Shown one piece after another: positions 22,333 through 35,161 of a stretch of 64,000 nucleotides of DNA. This stretch comes from Mayamaea pseudoterrestris (taxonomy: Eukaryota). The position numbers and the translations under genes are program-made. Every line of letters starts with the position of its first letter. Positions within the stretch are counted from its first letter, which is position 1. The notes beneath the pieces were generated by a model, which saw only the letters and a program-made list of their open reading frames with translations, was not told where the DNA came from and made no database searches. The stretch is taken from NCBI GenBank assembly GCA_027923505.1, contig BROI01000014.1:682001-746000 (forward strand), read 5' to 3'.

Positions 22333-24543
22333 TTACGACCGCGAAATAACGCTATTGAATGCTTCTTGACTCAGACGCATTCGTCCAGATTCCTGCATGC
22401 GCTTCTTGCCTTTCTTTTGCTTTTCCAGTAGCTTCATTTTCCGTGTCATGTCGCCACCTCCCACTGTTTTGCCGCTTTTGGTCAATACATCCTTGCGATA
22501 TGCCTTGATTCGTTCGCTCGCGACAATTTTTCCGCCAGCTACTCCTTGTATTACAGTGACGAATTGATGCCGCGGCAGCACTTGTTGCAGCTTTTTACAG
22601 ACCGATCGTGCTTCTCCTTGAACATTGTCGTGGTGACACACAAATGCGAGTGGCTCAACAACTTCGCCGTTTAGTAAGATATCAACTTTGCCTAGTTTGG
22701 CTTCCTGAAGCGGTGGATCAGCTTCTGACGTATCCAGCGATCCGTATCCAGCCGTCGCATTCTTCAGCAGGTCATGAAAGTCAGTGACGCATTCAGCCCA
22801 CGGAAGGCGCGCAGTGAAAAGCCACTTGTCTTCGTCGATAGATTTAGTCGCCAGCTCGGTTCCGCGTTTGCGAGTGATGAGGTCCATCACTGCGCCAGCA
22901 TCCTCGACGCGAGCAACAATGCGTGCAGTGACTACAGGTTCCATAACTTTGCACTTGATACCAGGTTCGGGCCAATCTTTCAAATCCTCCACAACGACGG
23001 TGTAGCTTTCTTGAAGGTTGTTCTTCTGGCCGGGAAGATAGGTGATAGTATAAGGTACCTTTGGCGGCGTTACTACAGCGTCGATTCCAAACTCATCCAT
23101 CAGTCGCTGCCGAAAGACTTCCACATGTAATAGTCCCTGAAAACCGACACGAAGACCTGGTCCAAGGAATGGCCCGCCACCTTCGCCGCTTCCGACGGAT
23201 GCAGTCTTTTGGACAGCTAGGCCTGTATCATTGAGCGCGAGCCGTTCGACTGCGCTGCATAACTCTTCAAACCCATCAGCTTCAGCGGGATGCACGGAAG
23301 CATATAAAGCAGACCTGTTACTCTCGCTCGCCAGCTTTGCTGACGGTGGCAAAAGCATGGGCTTGCTAATTTGATTGGTGTAGACAAGTACCGTTCCAGG
23401 CATTGCCTGCCGTGGATCTCGTAAACCAAAGCGTACATAGCCCCACTGGCCCCTTCGAAGAATCGATGTCCGATGCGAGTGGGGCAACACAATGCCGACT
23501 TCTTGAACCGAAAATGACTGGGTCTGCGAGTCTGAACCGTCGGCAACAATCGAAATCCGATCCGACTCCTTCAGTTGCCCAGACAAGATTTGCACCAAAC
23601 AATTGACACCCCTCGAGTCATACCACGAGTCCACCACTTGTGCTCGCATCATTACATCATCATCCGCATCATCCGCAAGTGGCCGTGGTGACGGAACCTG
23701 CTCGCAGATTGCGTCGAGCAATTCCTTAATGCCGCGCCGATGCCTTGCGCTTGTCAGAAGAATAGAATCAGGATCTTCCCAGTTGAGCCACTCAGAGACT
23801 GTGAGTGCGACATTTACTGGTCGAGCCGAGTCCAAATCAATCTTTGTCAAAGCAATTAGCAAGTGTGGCGGTTGCTCTGATGTAGCTTCTAAATGCTTGA
23901 CCTTGTCGTAGACACTCCAGGTCTGCGCCTGAATGCCTTGGGCGGCATCCAAAAGCAGGACGGCGCCTTGAGCAAACTGCAAAGATCGCGTCACCTCTAA
24001 ACCAAAGTCTGCATGACCCGGTGTGTCATAGAGATGTAGCAGTAGAACACCGTTAGGTCCTTTTGCCGATGGATGAGGGTAAAGCATCGAAGCAGTCGAC
24101 GCCTTAACTGTAATTCCGCGCTGTCTTTCAACGGCAAGGGTATCTAGTAATTCAATCTTTTCCTTTGAAGCAGCCGCAATGATGTCTTTATCTTCGATAA
24201 TTTCTTCTCCCGTCGACGCCTTTAATGCAAATTGCTGCGCTGCGAGTCCCTGGTTGCCAGTCAATTCCAAAATGCGAGAACTCAAACTCGATTTTCCATG
24301 ATCAATGTGCGCAATCAAGCAAAAGTTGCGGACATCACAAAGTGGTATTGTGTCTAATAAATGCTCGTGAGTTACTATGGAGATAAATTCAGGACGCTGT
24401 TGCAGTTGCTGCGATGATGAAGATAAAGTCCTTTTCCGACTGAGAAAAGGCGTTTGTTGTGGTAAAGGCACGACAGTGCATTGCTGCAGTCGCCATCTAC
24501 ACCGTCCTCTGTAGCAGCCATTAACAAGCAGAAGTCTCTTCAT
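22333..24543 (-). CDS. GUF1: Translation factor GUF1/LepA (EF-4), likely mitochondrial
   Basis: RNFCLIAHIDHGKSSL, ERQRGITVK, DTPGH, GFQGLLHVEVF, RKDV..GGDMTRKMKLLEKQKKGKKRM; Arg-rich presequence. Confidence 0.93.
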   Translation of the reverse strand: MKRLLLVNGCYRGRCRWRLQQCTVVPLPQQTPFLSRKRTLSSSSQQLQQRPEFISIVTHEHLLDTIPLCDVRNFCLIAHIDHGKSSLSSRILELTGNQGLAAQQFALKASTGEEIIEDKDIIAAASKEKIELLDTLAVERQRGITVKASTASMLYPHPSAKGPNGVLLLHLYDTPGHADFGLEVTRSLQFAQGAVLLLDAAQGIQAQTWSVYDKVKHLEATSEQPPHLLIALTKIDLDSARPVNVALTVSEWLNWEDPDSILLTSARHRRGIKELLDAICEQVPSPRPLADDADDDVMMRAQVVDSWYDSRGVNCLVQILSGQLKESDRISIVADGSDSQTQSFSVQEVGIVLPHSHRTSILRRGQWGYVRFGLRDPRQAMPGTVLVYTNQISKPMLLPPSAKLASESNRSALYASVHPAEADGFEELCSAVERLALNDTGLAVQKTASVGSGEGGGPFLGPGLRVGFQGLLHVEVFRQRLMDEFGIDAVVTPPKVPYTITYLPGQKNNLQESYTVVVEDLKDWPEPGIKCKVMEPVVTARIVARVEDAGAVMDLITRKRGTELATKSIDEDKWLFTARLPWAECVTDFHDLLKNATAGYGSLDTSEADPPLQEAKLGKVDILLNGEVVEPLAFVCHHDNVQGEARSVCKKLQQVLPRHQFVTVIQGVAGGKIVASERIKAYRKDVLTKSGKTVGGGDMTRKMKLLEKQKKGKKRMQESGRMRLSQEAFNSVISRS

Positions 24544-24772
24544 ACGAGTAAGGGCCGTCTTATGTTGGTTGTGCTAGCTATTATATGTGTGCGTGAGATG
24601 TTAAAATGCCATGGTCGAAATTTTAAAAAGCGACGGCGCAGGTGCGAGGTGAAGCTTCAGCGCAAAAGGTCGTACCGCAACTGAAAACGAGCTATGAACC
24701 GTGCAGCCAGAAGATTCATCTGCTAACGTATTATATAGCATACAACTATTGTAATCCATACAAGAAAAGTAA

Positions 24773-27700
24773 CTAGTAGCTACCTTGCGGTTGAAAGGTT
24801 TCAATAGCCTTCTCATCGCTAGTCATTAGCTCAACAGCCTTTGTAGCAATGGCATCGGCAGCATACATGCGGATTCGTTCGCTCGTTGCTGGCAGTCGCA
24901 TCTCAAAATACTCGTGTTTCCCAAGATTTTGGCGCCTTGCGGCTTGTAAGGCATCCTTGATTGCGAAAAAGACGGACGTGCCCAGGAAAAAAGGCGGTTC
25001 ACCAACTGCCTTGCTCGAGTGCACGGCAAGTGGATTCTCAGTGTCGTCCAACAACGAAACATTAAAGATTTCCGGAATGTCGTTGAAAGCTGGAATCTTG
25101 TAAGTGCCTGGACCACGCGTAAATACCTCGCCCCGCGGTCGGACCCAGGGATGATCATCGTCGGCATGAATAAAATCTTCAGTGGTGCACCAACCCATGC
25201 CCTGCACAAACGCGCCCTCAATTTGACCAATGTCGATTGCTGGATTTATGCTCGATCCAACATCAACTAATACATCTGTTCGCAGCGTACGGTGGTTGCC
25301 ACTGAGCAAATCAATCTCGCACTCCGTAACGCAAACGCCCTGCATGTGAACCAGCAAGGTGAGGGATATGTACAAGGTTGACCAGGCAAAATAGGCGTGG
25401 TCTTCGTTCTCGCAACACAATTACAAGCGAATTTACTTACTTGGGTAAAATAGTTGAAAGGATGACCTTTCCAAGAGTTGTCTGGCAAGTCATCAGGCCA
25501 GTCGTCGGGCTTGTCCTTTAGCCAGTCAAAGCCACAGCGTTCGCCACTCAACGCATAAAAGCCGTGCGCAGTCAGATCGATGCGAGCAAGATGAGCCTCT
25601 TTAGCGACTTCCTTCAATGTAGCCTCAGGTCCCAACTTCTCGCGAACTGGTTGCAGTCGCTTCAATATCTGACGACAGGCATCAACCGTCGCCATGCCAT
25701 ATTGGTCGGTGCTCATAGATGCGGCAGTGGGTATAGCATTTGCCACCTTGTCAGAGCTACTGTCGTTCACGTATACCTGGGATATTGGAATGCCGAATGC
25801 TTGTGCAGCGACTTGACACACCTTCGTGTGCAAGCCCTGTCCCATTTCGGTTCCGCCATGCGATATTAGAACTGATCCGTCTTTGTACAAATGGACCAAA
25901 GCACCACCCTGATTCATATATTTTGCCGTAAAAGCTATACCAAACTTCGTCGGCAAAATCGACAAGCCTCTCTTAACCCAGCGATGCTTGGCGTTATACT
26001 CGCTGATTAGGACGCGTCGACGAGGGACATCAAGGCTGCTATATAGACGGTCCCACATGGAAGGGACGTGCCATGCACCGCTGTCGGACTCACCAAGTAT
26101 CATGCCAAAATGTACAACATCGCCCGGCTTGTACATGTTGAAGCGACGCATTTTGTCACCCGAGACGCCGCACACAGTTGCGAAGTGATCCAAAATATGC
26201 TCGGCAATGACCATACCCTGAGGCCCGCCGAATCCTCGGTACGCAGTGTGCGGAGCTTGCACAGTTTTGCAGACTACGCCTCCACAACGAAAATGTGGAA
26301 AGTTGTAAACGCCGTCGCAATGGAACAAAGCACGATCCAACACAGGACCACTCAAGTCAAAGGCAAAACCACCATTGACATACAGCATCATGTCCACTGC
26401 CAACAACTGGACACCCTCTGTAGTAACATGTGCACTCGCTTTATATTCGGACTGAAATGCGTGGCGTTGACCCGTAGTTTTCATGTCGACGCTACGAGAC
26501 AGTGTGAGCCTCACAGGCTGATTTAGCGTTCTGGCAGCAACAGCTGCGGCAGCGCTTGCAAAGACACTCCGCGTCTCCTTTCCGCCAAAACCACCTCCCA
26601 TTCGCTTCATTCTCACTACAACTCTATGCATCTGCAATCCAGTTGCGGCCGCGCAACAAATTTGCGTCTTATTGACAGCTTGCGTCGAGCAGTAGATTGT
26701 AAGGTTTGTGTCGGAATCAGACGGGACGACCAAGCTTGAGTTCGGTTCAAGATAAAAATGTTCCTGTGGACCTGACCTTATTAAGCCCGATATCGTGACA
26801 ATGTCACCAACTTTCAGGGGACCGGCCGTATTAGGAGTTACTGTTAGTTCATCAATAAGCGTCGCATCTCCCTTTATCATTGAATGACGAGAATTTTCAT
26901 AGAAGCTGTTCGCTTGAATCGCATCGTCAATTGTAACAATAATCTTTTCGATCGGAGGTGATCCATACTTAACTTCCACTGTCCGAGCTGCTAGTTCCGC
27001 GGCCTCCAATGTTTCAGCAACCGCAATACCAAGAACCTCGTTCACTGCACGCACTGTTTCGCCAATTGGCAGAAAGACCATCTCATCAGCTACGATCGGA
27101 CCGAAAGAGTTGCTCCCTCCCAACGCAACAAGGTCCTCGTGCGAGATAATGCCCCGTACTCCAGGTAAAGACAAACCAGTACTTTTGTTGATTGACTCGA
27201 AGATGGCGCCGCACTGAGAAGACAAAATTAACGCTGCATGCAGCGTGCCTGGTGGCAGTGGAATGTCGTCTGTGTAGTCAGCCTCTCCCGTGCAATGGAG
27301 AGCACCGCTGGCATGACTCGATGCTTTACCGACGGCAGCCGCAGCTGGTACTATTCTCTCAGACTCGCCAAGAGGGTACAGCTTGTCTTCGAGGCCGCTC
27401 ACAACCTTTGGTGCAGGGTAACTTTGAACGCCAGCAAAGCTTGGTTTTGGTTCTGCAAGCCAATTCCGAGCGCCCGACGCTTGGTCGTCATCGATTATTG
27501 GCGCGGGAGGCAGTTCAAATGAAATACTAGAATAAGCCGATGGGTCACCTTTTATAATCGCAACGTCCTCTTCAAGGTCACTCAACACCAAAAGAAAAAA
27601 CTTATGCAAAAATGAAATTGCAAGTGCCGTACGATAGGCTGCCTGGCCGCCCGGTACTGCGCAAGGAAGACTCGTTTCTTTGGCCAATATCTTCGCTGCC

Positions 27701-29531
27701 ATTTCGAAAGTTACCGCAGAAAACTCGGCTCCTTTAAGTGTACCCATCGTTTGCGTTGCCATAATTGTTGTAGTCGCCATGCCGCCAAAAGAAATCGCCA
27801 CATCGTCAATCAAATACTTTCCCTTCGCGATCGCAATCCTCATTCGCATGCCCGACGTAACAATGCTGATATCGTCCTCTCGACGTCGAGCTTGTTTAAA
27901 AGGGTGAAGGTATTCAAAGTGCGTCTGAAGTACAGGAACTTCAATGCGCTCCACTAACTCCGTTGCTTTCAAGTCGACAGAGCGATACCCGAGGAAAAAG
28001 TCCTTCACGTCAACCCGTCGCCGTGTGATAGAAACCCCATCATCATTGATGGAACAGATAATTAGAGTGGCACCCATAGCTGCAAGCATCGGATTCATAT
28101 CGGATATAGGACTAGCAGTTACGAGATTTCCCGCAAGGCATGCCACATTACGAATCTGACTTGAAGCAAACCAACGAAGCATGTCATGGATTGGCCCTAA
28201 ACTTCGCTTGTAACGTGATTGCGTATCTGCCAACTCTCCACAGCGATGTTGAATAACACTCAATGTACAGCAAGAGCCAATAAGTAATTTCGAATCGACA
28301 ATATCAACACCGAATAACTCGCTAATCGACTCGGATGGACAAATGAGTCGCGGGTATGCCTTGTGCTTAAATTTTTGTTCAATTCCGACTTCCGTGTTGC
28401 CGACAACAATCTTGCATGGTCCAGTAGGCGAATTCTCAAAATCTTTGAGTAGCCCAACCATCTCAAGCAGCGAGATTGGTTTAAACCAAGTTCCTCCTGC
28501 TTGGAACGCAGTCTTGTCGACCACCACAAGTGGTTTTGCGAGCTCACCGAACTTGTTTCTTAAGTCGTCGGGAAACATTCGATTAGGCTGATCCAGCCAG
28601 TCCATATCATCCAAGAAAGTTTCTTGATATGCCGCCATCTTATCCTTCGAAGAAGACACCACTAGCTTATCATGCTCGTTGCAATCTTGTGTGCAAGCAT
28701 CGCGCTCGGGACATTCGCGACAGGCGACGCCGCAAGGACCACGCACAACTTCCTCACCATCCTTGCAAAGTGAGCGTGCTGCATCCCAAATTGGTCTGTA
28801 ACCAGTACATCGGCAAAGATTACCGTCCAAATGCTCCTCCAAATGAGCAACGCTTGGGTTATTGGACAGCAACGTGTAGAGACTGACAATAATGCCAGGC
28901 GTACAGAAACCGCACTGTGAACCATGCATATCCACAATGGCTTTCTGCACCGGATGGAGCTTGTTTCCTCTGACAGTCCCAATTCCTTCCACCGTCGTAA
29001 CGTGACATCCATCGGCTGCAAGAACTGGCATGAGGCAGGCATTCACGGCAAAGTGTCTGTGAGGTTTAACAAGCAAGCATATAGTTCATGTCAGAAGGAT
29101 CAGCCGACGATCAGATGAACACTGGACCACCGTTCCTTTCGTTTACTCACTTGACATCATTGGTCAACATATCCAGCTTGGAAATTTGAACCGTGCAAGC
29201 TCCGCATCCACCTTCGTTGCAACCAAGCTTTGTTCCAGTCAAGCGCATCACATCTCGCAGAAACGAGATCAACGACTGATTTGGCCTAGCTTGCGCCGCC
29301 AACGTCTCATTGACTCGAGATCCATTCACAAATAGAATGGGAGTGGTTCGATATCCTAATAAAGGAAATGAGTGTCAAGTCAGAACATGGTGCATGGCGG
29401 AACGAATTCGGTCGTGCAAAAGGAGTCAATCAATTGCATCCATCGCAACTCTTACCTTTCTTTTCATATAGTCCCAGTTGTTCAAAATCTTCATTCTCGT
29501 AAAAGAGATTGCTCTTGGGATGCGGCGCCAT
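24773..29531 (-). CDS. XDH: Xanthine dehydrogenase; exons 29456-29531, 29151-29355, 25441-29056, 24773-25339
   Basis: 2Fe-2S motifs [16 protein letters not shown] and [26 protein letters not shown] domain; Moco motifs [40 protein letters not shown]; three GT-AG introns restore frame. Confidence 0.95.
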
Positions 29532-30223
29532 GCTCCGTTCTTGCCATCAAACATCTGAACAGTATCAACTCATCCAGCAACAACTTCGAGTTTTGATCGC
29601 AGCGAAAATCTGTGTCGTGGGAATGTCGGACCACGACTAAAAAAGGACGATGATGATGAAGGACGATCAACTGCCCGGGAGTTGGAAAGCAAGCGAGAGC
29701 AAATAAGTGCGAATGTCCTTTTTCATAATAGCTTCTTATAGCAAGATGGCGAGTTAAATTGGTCAATAGCAATAAAGGACTAACCTAGCCTGCAGACTGC
29801 ATGCAAGGTTCGAGCATGCTTTTCATGATACGGCGACCTGAGGTCATGCGTTGCATGTGGCTACTGGTACACGGAAAAGTTCAAACTATAGCTTTCATCA
29901 GAAGGCAAAGGAATTGTCTCAAAGCCTCTATCTTTACATAGGTTCACTCTGCCTATGCTAGGCTTCGTTTCGGTATCAATACCATAGCAAATCTTGACAC
30001 CCCCATGTCACTTCCACCGAAATGTGCGCCTACACTTTACTCCACAGTAAACCACTCGTTCAATTGCACCCGATGACACCGCGCAGCGATCCACACGCTG
30101 CAACAAACGAACCCAAATAAACCGCATTGCGCCAACCCTACTTGCATTCTTCGAAAGAAAGACAAACCCAACAAGACCCAACAAAAAGAGTCGCTCGTCA
30201 CGGCAAGAGAACAAAAGCAATCA

Positions 30224-31645
30224 ATGGCGTTTGACCGACCTCTGGAATCGGATCGAGTCGACGATTTGTCGTTTCTCTCGGTGCTAGCTCGCGCTCCCGT
30301 AATTGGCTCCATCATGTGGTACCTCGGAGGCCAAATGGCGCGCGACGAGGAAGAAAAGGAGCTCAAGCAGCAGCGAGACTTGGAGCGTCTCCTCAAGGGG
30401 CCTCCGGAAACGCGGACTCCTCCACCAGGGACGCCGCCGCAGCTGCAGCGTGTCAGCAAGTCGTCCTTGCGCAAATCGGATACTTTGAGCGACTGCGCCA
30501 ATGCGCTGGATGAAATGACAATGAACGAGAAACCATTAAAGCGACAACGAAAGAATATTAGCTGGTCGGACGAGGGTGGAAAGGATCTTGTGGAATTTAT
30601 TGGTCAGGTAAGAAGGCTATTGGTGGAATGAGCGAATCCGTGGTCGTTTTCCGTGGCTGCTTGCGCAACGAGTTGAGCTGCTGTGATTACAAATTTTGGA
30701 TATTTGTTGAGAGTTTCCTCTTGGCTATCGAAATTACTTGATTGCGGATCGATTTGCCGAGTACTTCTGCTAGACCAAGGCAAAGAAGGCATGGGTTTCC
30801 CATGGTCACAAAGAAGGACGGCCCGTCGACGCGCACTTCAACTCGCCACGTCGCATTCGTGTCTCATCCAGTCACGGGCATGTTCTTTGCCACTTGTGGA
30901 TGGAGGTTACGATTGCTTGCGACCTCCCGTTGTTCGTCCTTGTTCGTTGGAGCTGCAGCGTCGATTGAACTTGTTGACACGCTGCTTGACATCCATTCGA
31001 CACCCTGTTGCATTGGAGGAAGAGTCTTTTTGCATCCAAGTGCCACCAGTTTCATTGCTCTTCGAGGTTACATTCAGGCATCTGACACCATTTCTATTCA
31101 TTTTTTGCCACATGGGGAACCAACAGATTAAAAGCTGCAGCAATGTCCCTGCATCGGACAGCACAACTTCCGATTCGGCTGCAAGTGTCAAACCGACGAT
31201 GATGCCACGGTCGACATCAATCGGGCATCGAATGATGGAATCACATCAGGATGAGCCAGAGGCAGTCTTTTTACCACTGGCTTTGCATAAGCGAGTGGAA
31301 CAAATGAGCGCCGAGCCGAGATATTTGCCACGTGGACTTGAAAAGGCGCACAATGGGATTCGCGTGCCTCGCATGCCAACATATGCGATTGAGCCGGCAG
31401 GTTCGTCTGGCAGCGCGGAAGGTGTTGAAAGTCCACAGTGGGGATGGTTTCTTCGAACGACGCCTCCAACACCTCAAATGTACAGTCGGTTTCACCAAAA
31501 GAGCGACACTTCGATGGCGTCGCAGAATTCGAACGACAGTTCTTCGACTAGCACGGTTCCTGGATCGCATCCGAACCCGGTGTTTCAAGGCATGCATGAT
31601 CGACACAAGGCGGCGCCAATGGGCTGGTCCAGTGTGCCCTTGTAA
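30224..31645 (+). CDS. Hypothetical low-complexity protein; probable exons 30224-30607 and 31127-31645
   Basis: CAG|GTAAGA donor at 30608 and AACAG acceptor at 31126 join in frame; contains KNISWSD and SPQWGWF motifs. Confidence 0.55.
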
Positions 31646-31962
31646 TGATCTACCGGTAGCGTATTGCAGACTCGAATGGCGCAGTCCCTTTTTCTTATGC
31701 TTTTATCAAACGTTTTTCGTTTGGGCTCATTATATTGCGTCGCTATTGTATCGCTGTCGCATAATATTCCAATTTATTATAATTAAAGTTTACTTGATGT
31801 ACACGTTATTGCTCAATGTGATGAAGCAGTGCTCAGTTGTATACTGTGTACTCGACACCACGCAACTGCTGGAAAGCAATGCGTTAGCAAACGACATGGG
31901 TAGAGTACGTTTTAAGGCGATTACTCTAGAACATATAGCATAACGAAGCACGAAAAGATTGA

Positions 31963-34371
31963 TTAAAGCTCATCGCCTGGTTCATCATCGTCATCGCCCA
32001 CAGTGCCTGCTTCGCGCTTGATGTCTTTCTTGTCCAGATCTTCATTCTCTTCGTCACCTTCATTTTCCACAGGCGACTTGTATTCCTCCCACTGTTCCGG
32101 TTCGAGGACAGGAATGCCATACTTCTTTTCCAAATGATCCCAAAGCTTCTGCTTGTTGCTCCGATACTTCCAAACGATGAACCGGGCGTTACGCTCGTCG
32201 CCGTCAGCAATACTACCAGGAATTGCATGCTTGTAATAGTTCAATAGCTTTGTCGTATCACGGTCAAAGACGCGTTCCTCCCAGTACGAGCGAATAAGAA
32301 AACCGCCGATGATCAAGACTGCTAGACCGGTCCAAAAGTAGAAGTAGAACTTTGCAGATCTCGCCGATTTCGTTGCTTGAACGACAGACACGCTGCATGA
32401 CGAGCAAATGGATTTGTTGAGCGCATGGAAGTCGCGATCATACTTCAAAATGTAACAGTGCACAACGTACCGGTCTCCAACCAAGTTGGAGGTGAGCATC
32501 CCTGTGACACCCACACTCAACTCCAGTGTGATACTTTCACATGCCACTCGCGTTTCTTCACCTTCGCCTCCTTCCATCTTGACCAGAGGCTGCATGACAT
32601 CGGCGACACGCTTCCATTCGCCATCACGAGTCCACCTTTGCAGAATTTCCACGCGGAGATTCAGTGCAGCTTCTTCGCGCGTTGGAATGTGAGCCGCACT
32701 TTCATTCTCCTTGATGGCTTTGATGAAATCTTCGTCCGACAAACTTGCCGGTCCAGTTCGATGCACAACACATTCAGACGCTACAAGCTCAATTGGATAA
32801 GGTCCAGCAGGAATACGCCGATCAAAGTCAAAGATTGTCTTGATCGGTTCCCATTTCGATTCGTCGTCCCCATGATAGTTGATCCGCACGCCGACTGCGC
32901 AAGGTGAAACATTCTGGATGCGAACACCGAGCTCTGCTTTTGTTTTGCCGCCCTTGTCCATTAGAACAGATTGTCGTCCATGCGTGACGGCACCCAAAAT
33001 GGCCGTCCCCATGGCAACTGCGTCAGATTTCGTACTAATAAAGGGTACCTCGGACCACTCCGTCTGCACCTTTTGAATCTTGTCCCAAGCTGATTTGATC
33101 TTGTCTTGCTGCTCTCGAGATCCATACGACACTAACGCTGCTGGTCCATCCGCTTCTGGGGCGACCGAATCTATAGCCTTTTCTAATTCCGTGGAACACT
33201 GCTCCATGCGACTCATTGGATCCTTGTCTTGGTACGATACATTTGCCAGAACCTTAAAGTTTCCGAATATACACGTTGTCAACGATCGCTGAACATGCGA
33301 CACTTGAATCGCCGTCGCTTCAAAGCCATCATCAGTCACTCCAAAAAGGATGACAAGAACTTGTTCATTCTGCGGAGCGTTATCGTCTATAGCCCTCCGC
33401 TTCTTCCATTCCTTGCCCAAAGCTTCCCGAACTACTTGCAGCCGTTCCAGCAATGAGTTTGGCTTACCATCCGCTGCAAGTTGCAAAGCTCCAGCAAGTG
33501 CACAGACGCTGCGCTGGAAAAAGACTCCAGTGTTTGACGTGGCATCATAGAGTGCCTCAATACTTGCGTCGTGTGACGCCCAAGCTGGAATTGCCACTGC
33601 GCATGGGTAATCAAAAATCTCTTCGTCGGCTAAATCAGTCTTATTCTTTGTCGCCGTGTACATTTGCGCTTGATGGAGCAGCATTTGCACCGCCTCCTCT
33701 GGCAGGACTGCAACTGCCTTTTTGCCTTGCTGCAATCGAACCTTGTAAACGACGCGGTCAAAGTCGTCACCCTTTGGGTCTGATCCATCCAATGTACTAT
33801 TGACAAGTTCTACTCCTGTTTCATCTGCTCCGCACGATGGCTTGTCGTAGAATCTAGGAGCATCCTCCAAGCGACGCAATCCGAGCCAGCGAAAGGGAGA
33901 CTCCAAGGTGACACTGTCCTTGTCGCTGGCCTTGCACAAAGTGTCAGTTTGAAGAGCCGTATATGGCCTTGAATTTGACAAGTATTTACGCAATGTCTTG
34001 TGCGACGACTCTGATATTTTTAGAGAAACTCCAGCCTTCATTTTCCCAACCAATCGAGGAAGAATAGATTCGGATGGATCAACTGGTTTCGGAGGAAAGG
34101 TTGCAAGCGTTGGTTCTGGTGCAAACAAATCGACTGCAACAATTGGAAGATGCGACAGATATTTAACTTGCTTTAGAGAAATCATTTGCTGCTTATCCAA
34201 TAAATCAGCTCCAAGGACAGCCGCCGACGGAGGAGGCGCTCCGTGTCCGGCATCGGCTCCTTTCGGCGGAGGGCCAGCTCCGCGCTGACCCATGTTGGCC
34301 TGATGCGCCATGGCCATGGCGCCCATGCCTCCGCCTCCCATGCCGCCTCCGGAATGAGCTGCTAACGACAT
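31963..34371 (-). CDS. Divergent Hsp70/actin-fold-like protein with C-terminal TM helix and KY..LW..LEKKYG domain; probable in-frame intron 32393-32470
   Basis: PEEAVQMLL, AVAIPAW, DAVAMGTAI, QNVSPCAVG, IFDFDRRIP resemble degenerate Hsp70 motifs; TM FYFYFWTGLAVLIIGGFLI. Confidence 0.6.
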   Translation of the reverse strand: MSLAAHSGGGMGGGGMGAMAMAHQANMGQRGAGPPPKGADAGHGAPPPSAAVLGADLLDKQQMISLKQVKYLSHLPIVAVDLFAPEPTLATFPPKPVDPSESILPRLVGKMKAGVSLKISESSHKTLRKYLSNSRPYTALQTDTLCKASDKDSVTLESPFRWLGLRRLEDAPRFYDKPSCGADETGVELVNSTLDGSDPKGDDFDRVVYKVRLQQGKKAVAVLPEEAVQMLLHQAQMYTATKNKTDLADEEIFDYPCAVAIPAWASHDASIEALYDATSNTGVFFQRSVCALAGALQLAADGKPNSLLERLQVVREALGKEWKKRRAIDDNAPQNEQVLVILFGVTDDGFEATAIQVSHVQRSLTTCIFGNFKVLANVSYQDKDPMSRMEQCSTELEKAIDSVAPEADGPAALVSYGSREQQDKIKSAWDKIQKVQTEWSEVPFISTKSDAVAMGTAILGAVTHGRQSVLMDKGGKTKAELGVRIQNVSPCAVGVRINYHGDDESKWEPIKTIFDFDRRIPAGPYPIELVASECVVHRTGPASLSDEDFIKAIKENESAAHIPTREEAALNLRVEILQRWTRDGEWKRVADVMQPLVKMEGGEGEETRVACESITLELSVGVTGMLTSNLVGDRYVVHCYILKYDRDFHALNKSICSSCSVSVVQATKSARSAKFYFYFWTGLAVLIIGGFLIRSYWEERVFDRDTTKLLNYYKHAIPGSIADGDERNARFIVWKYRSNKQKLWDHLEKKYGIPVLEPEQWEEYKSPVENEGDEENEDLDKKDIKREAGTVGDDDDEPGDEL

Positions 34372-34774
34372 GATTGTATGCTGTTAATTTCACTGTTAGT
34401 TAGTTTATCGATGGCGATTGGTAGCAGCAGCTGCGAAAAGGATGGATCGCGAATCTTCGCAGTTGAGGTGTGACGGGAAACGCTTTGCGAGAAAACGCGT
34501 GGAGCACGAGAGAGAATGACGTCACACACATCAGCTATCATACAAGTACTCGTGCGTAATCCCGCTATGGCGCGGCGGAAAGGTGCATGGATACAGTACA
34601 CGTTTACAAATACTTTCAGTTAACACTTATCTATCAATTGATGCCTTGACAAAAGGCAACGAAGTAGCAAAGACGCAAACCGAGAGTGGAAGAGCCCGCC
34701 CCGGTACAAGTAGCATCATGCCACTTGACACCCATAGACTATAACGACATATACACGGCGATACCAGCGACAGC

Positions 34775-35161
34775 TCAAGGTGCTTCCTTGACTACTTGTC
34801 CAGCGGTCTTTTTCTCATCCGGACCATTAAAGAACTCACGAAGCGCCGCTATCGCTTCCTCAACCGCGTATAACACATAGTGCGTTTCGTTTTGTCCTTC
34901 CTCCGCCCACCACTTTTTGGGCATGACTGGCAGTTTGGCCGGCGAATCATCGTCTTTTGGTGCCGCTATAAAGGTGGGCTGAAGATTGTTTGTCTTGTGG
35001 CAGCAGGGACAGCTTGCCGATTTGCAGGAATGCACATCGACGGACGCGCAGAAAAATTCGCCCGGGTGCTTCCAAGTGTCATCGTCAGGGACTGGTTCAG
35101 CTAGGTCGTCATTCACATGATGAAGAGCTGAACATGCTTCCAATGCCGAAGCCATCGCCAT
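34775..35161 (-). CDS. Small hypothetical protein with VHxCxSAxCxxC motif
   Basis: 128-aa ATG ORF, DVHSCKSASCPCC followed by PTFI. Confidence 0.55.
   Translation of the reverse strand: MAMASALEACSALHHVNDDLAEPVPDDDTWKHPGEFFCASVDVHSCKSASCPCCHKTNNLQPTFIAAPKDDDSPAKLPVMPKKWWAEEGQNETHYVLYAVEEAIAALREFFNGPDEKKTAGQVVKEAP

Noticed and set aside
10851..29531. Molybdenum gene cluster (ModF-like ATPase plus XDH)
   Set aside because: They are 12 kb apart with unrelated genes between, and the ModF-like assignment does not establish a molybdenum role
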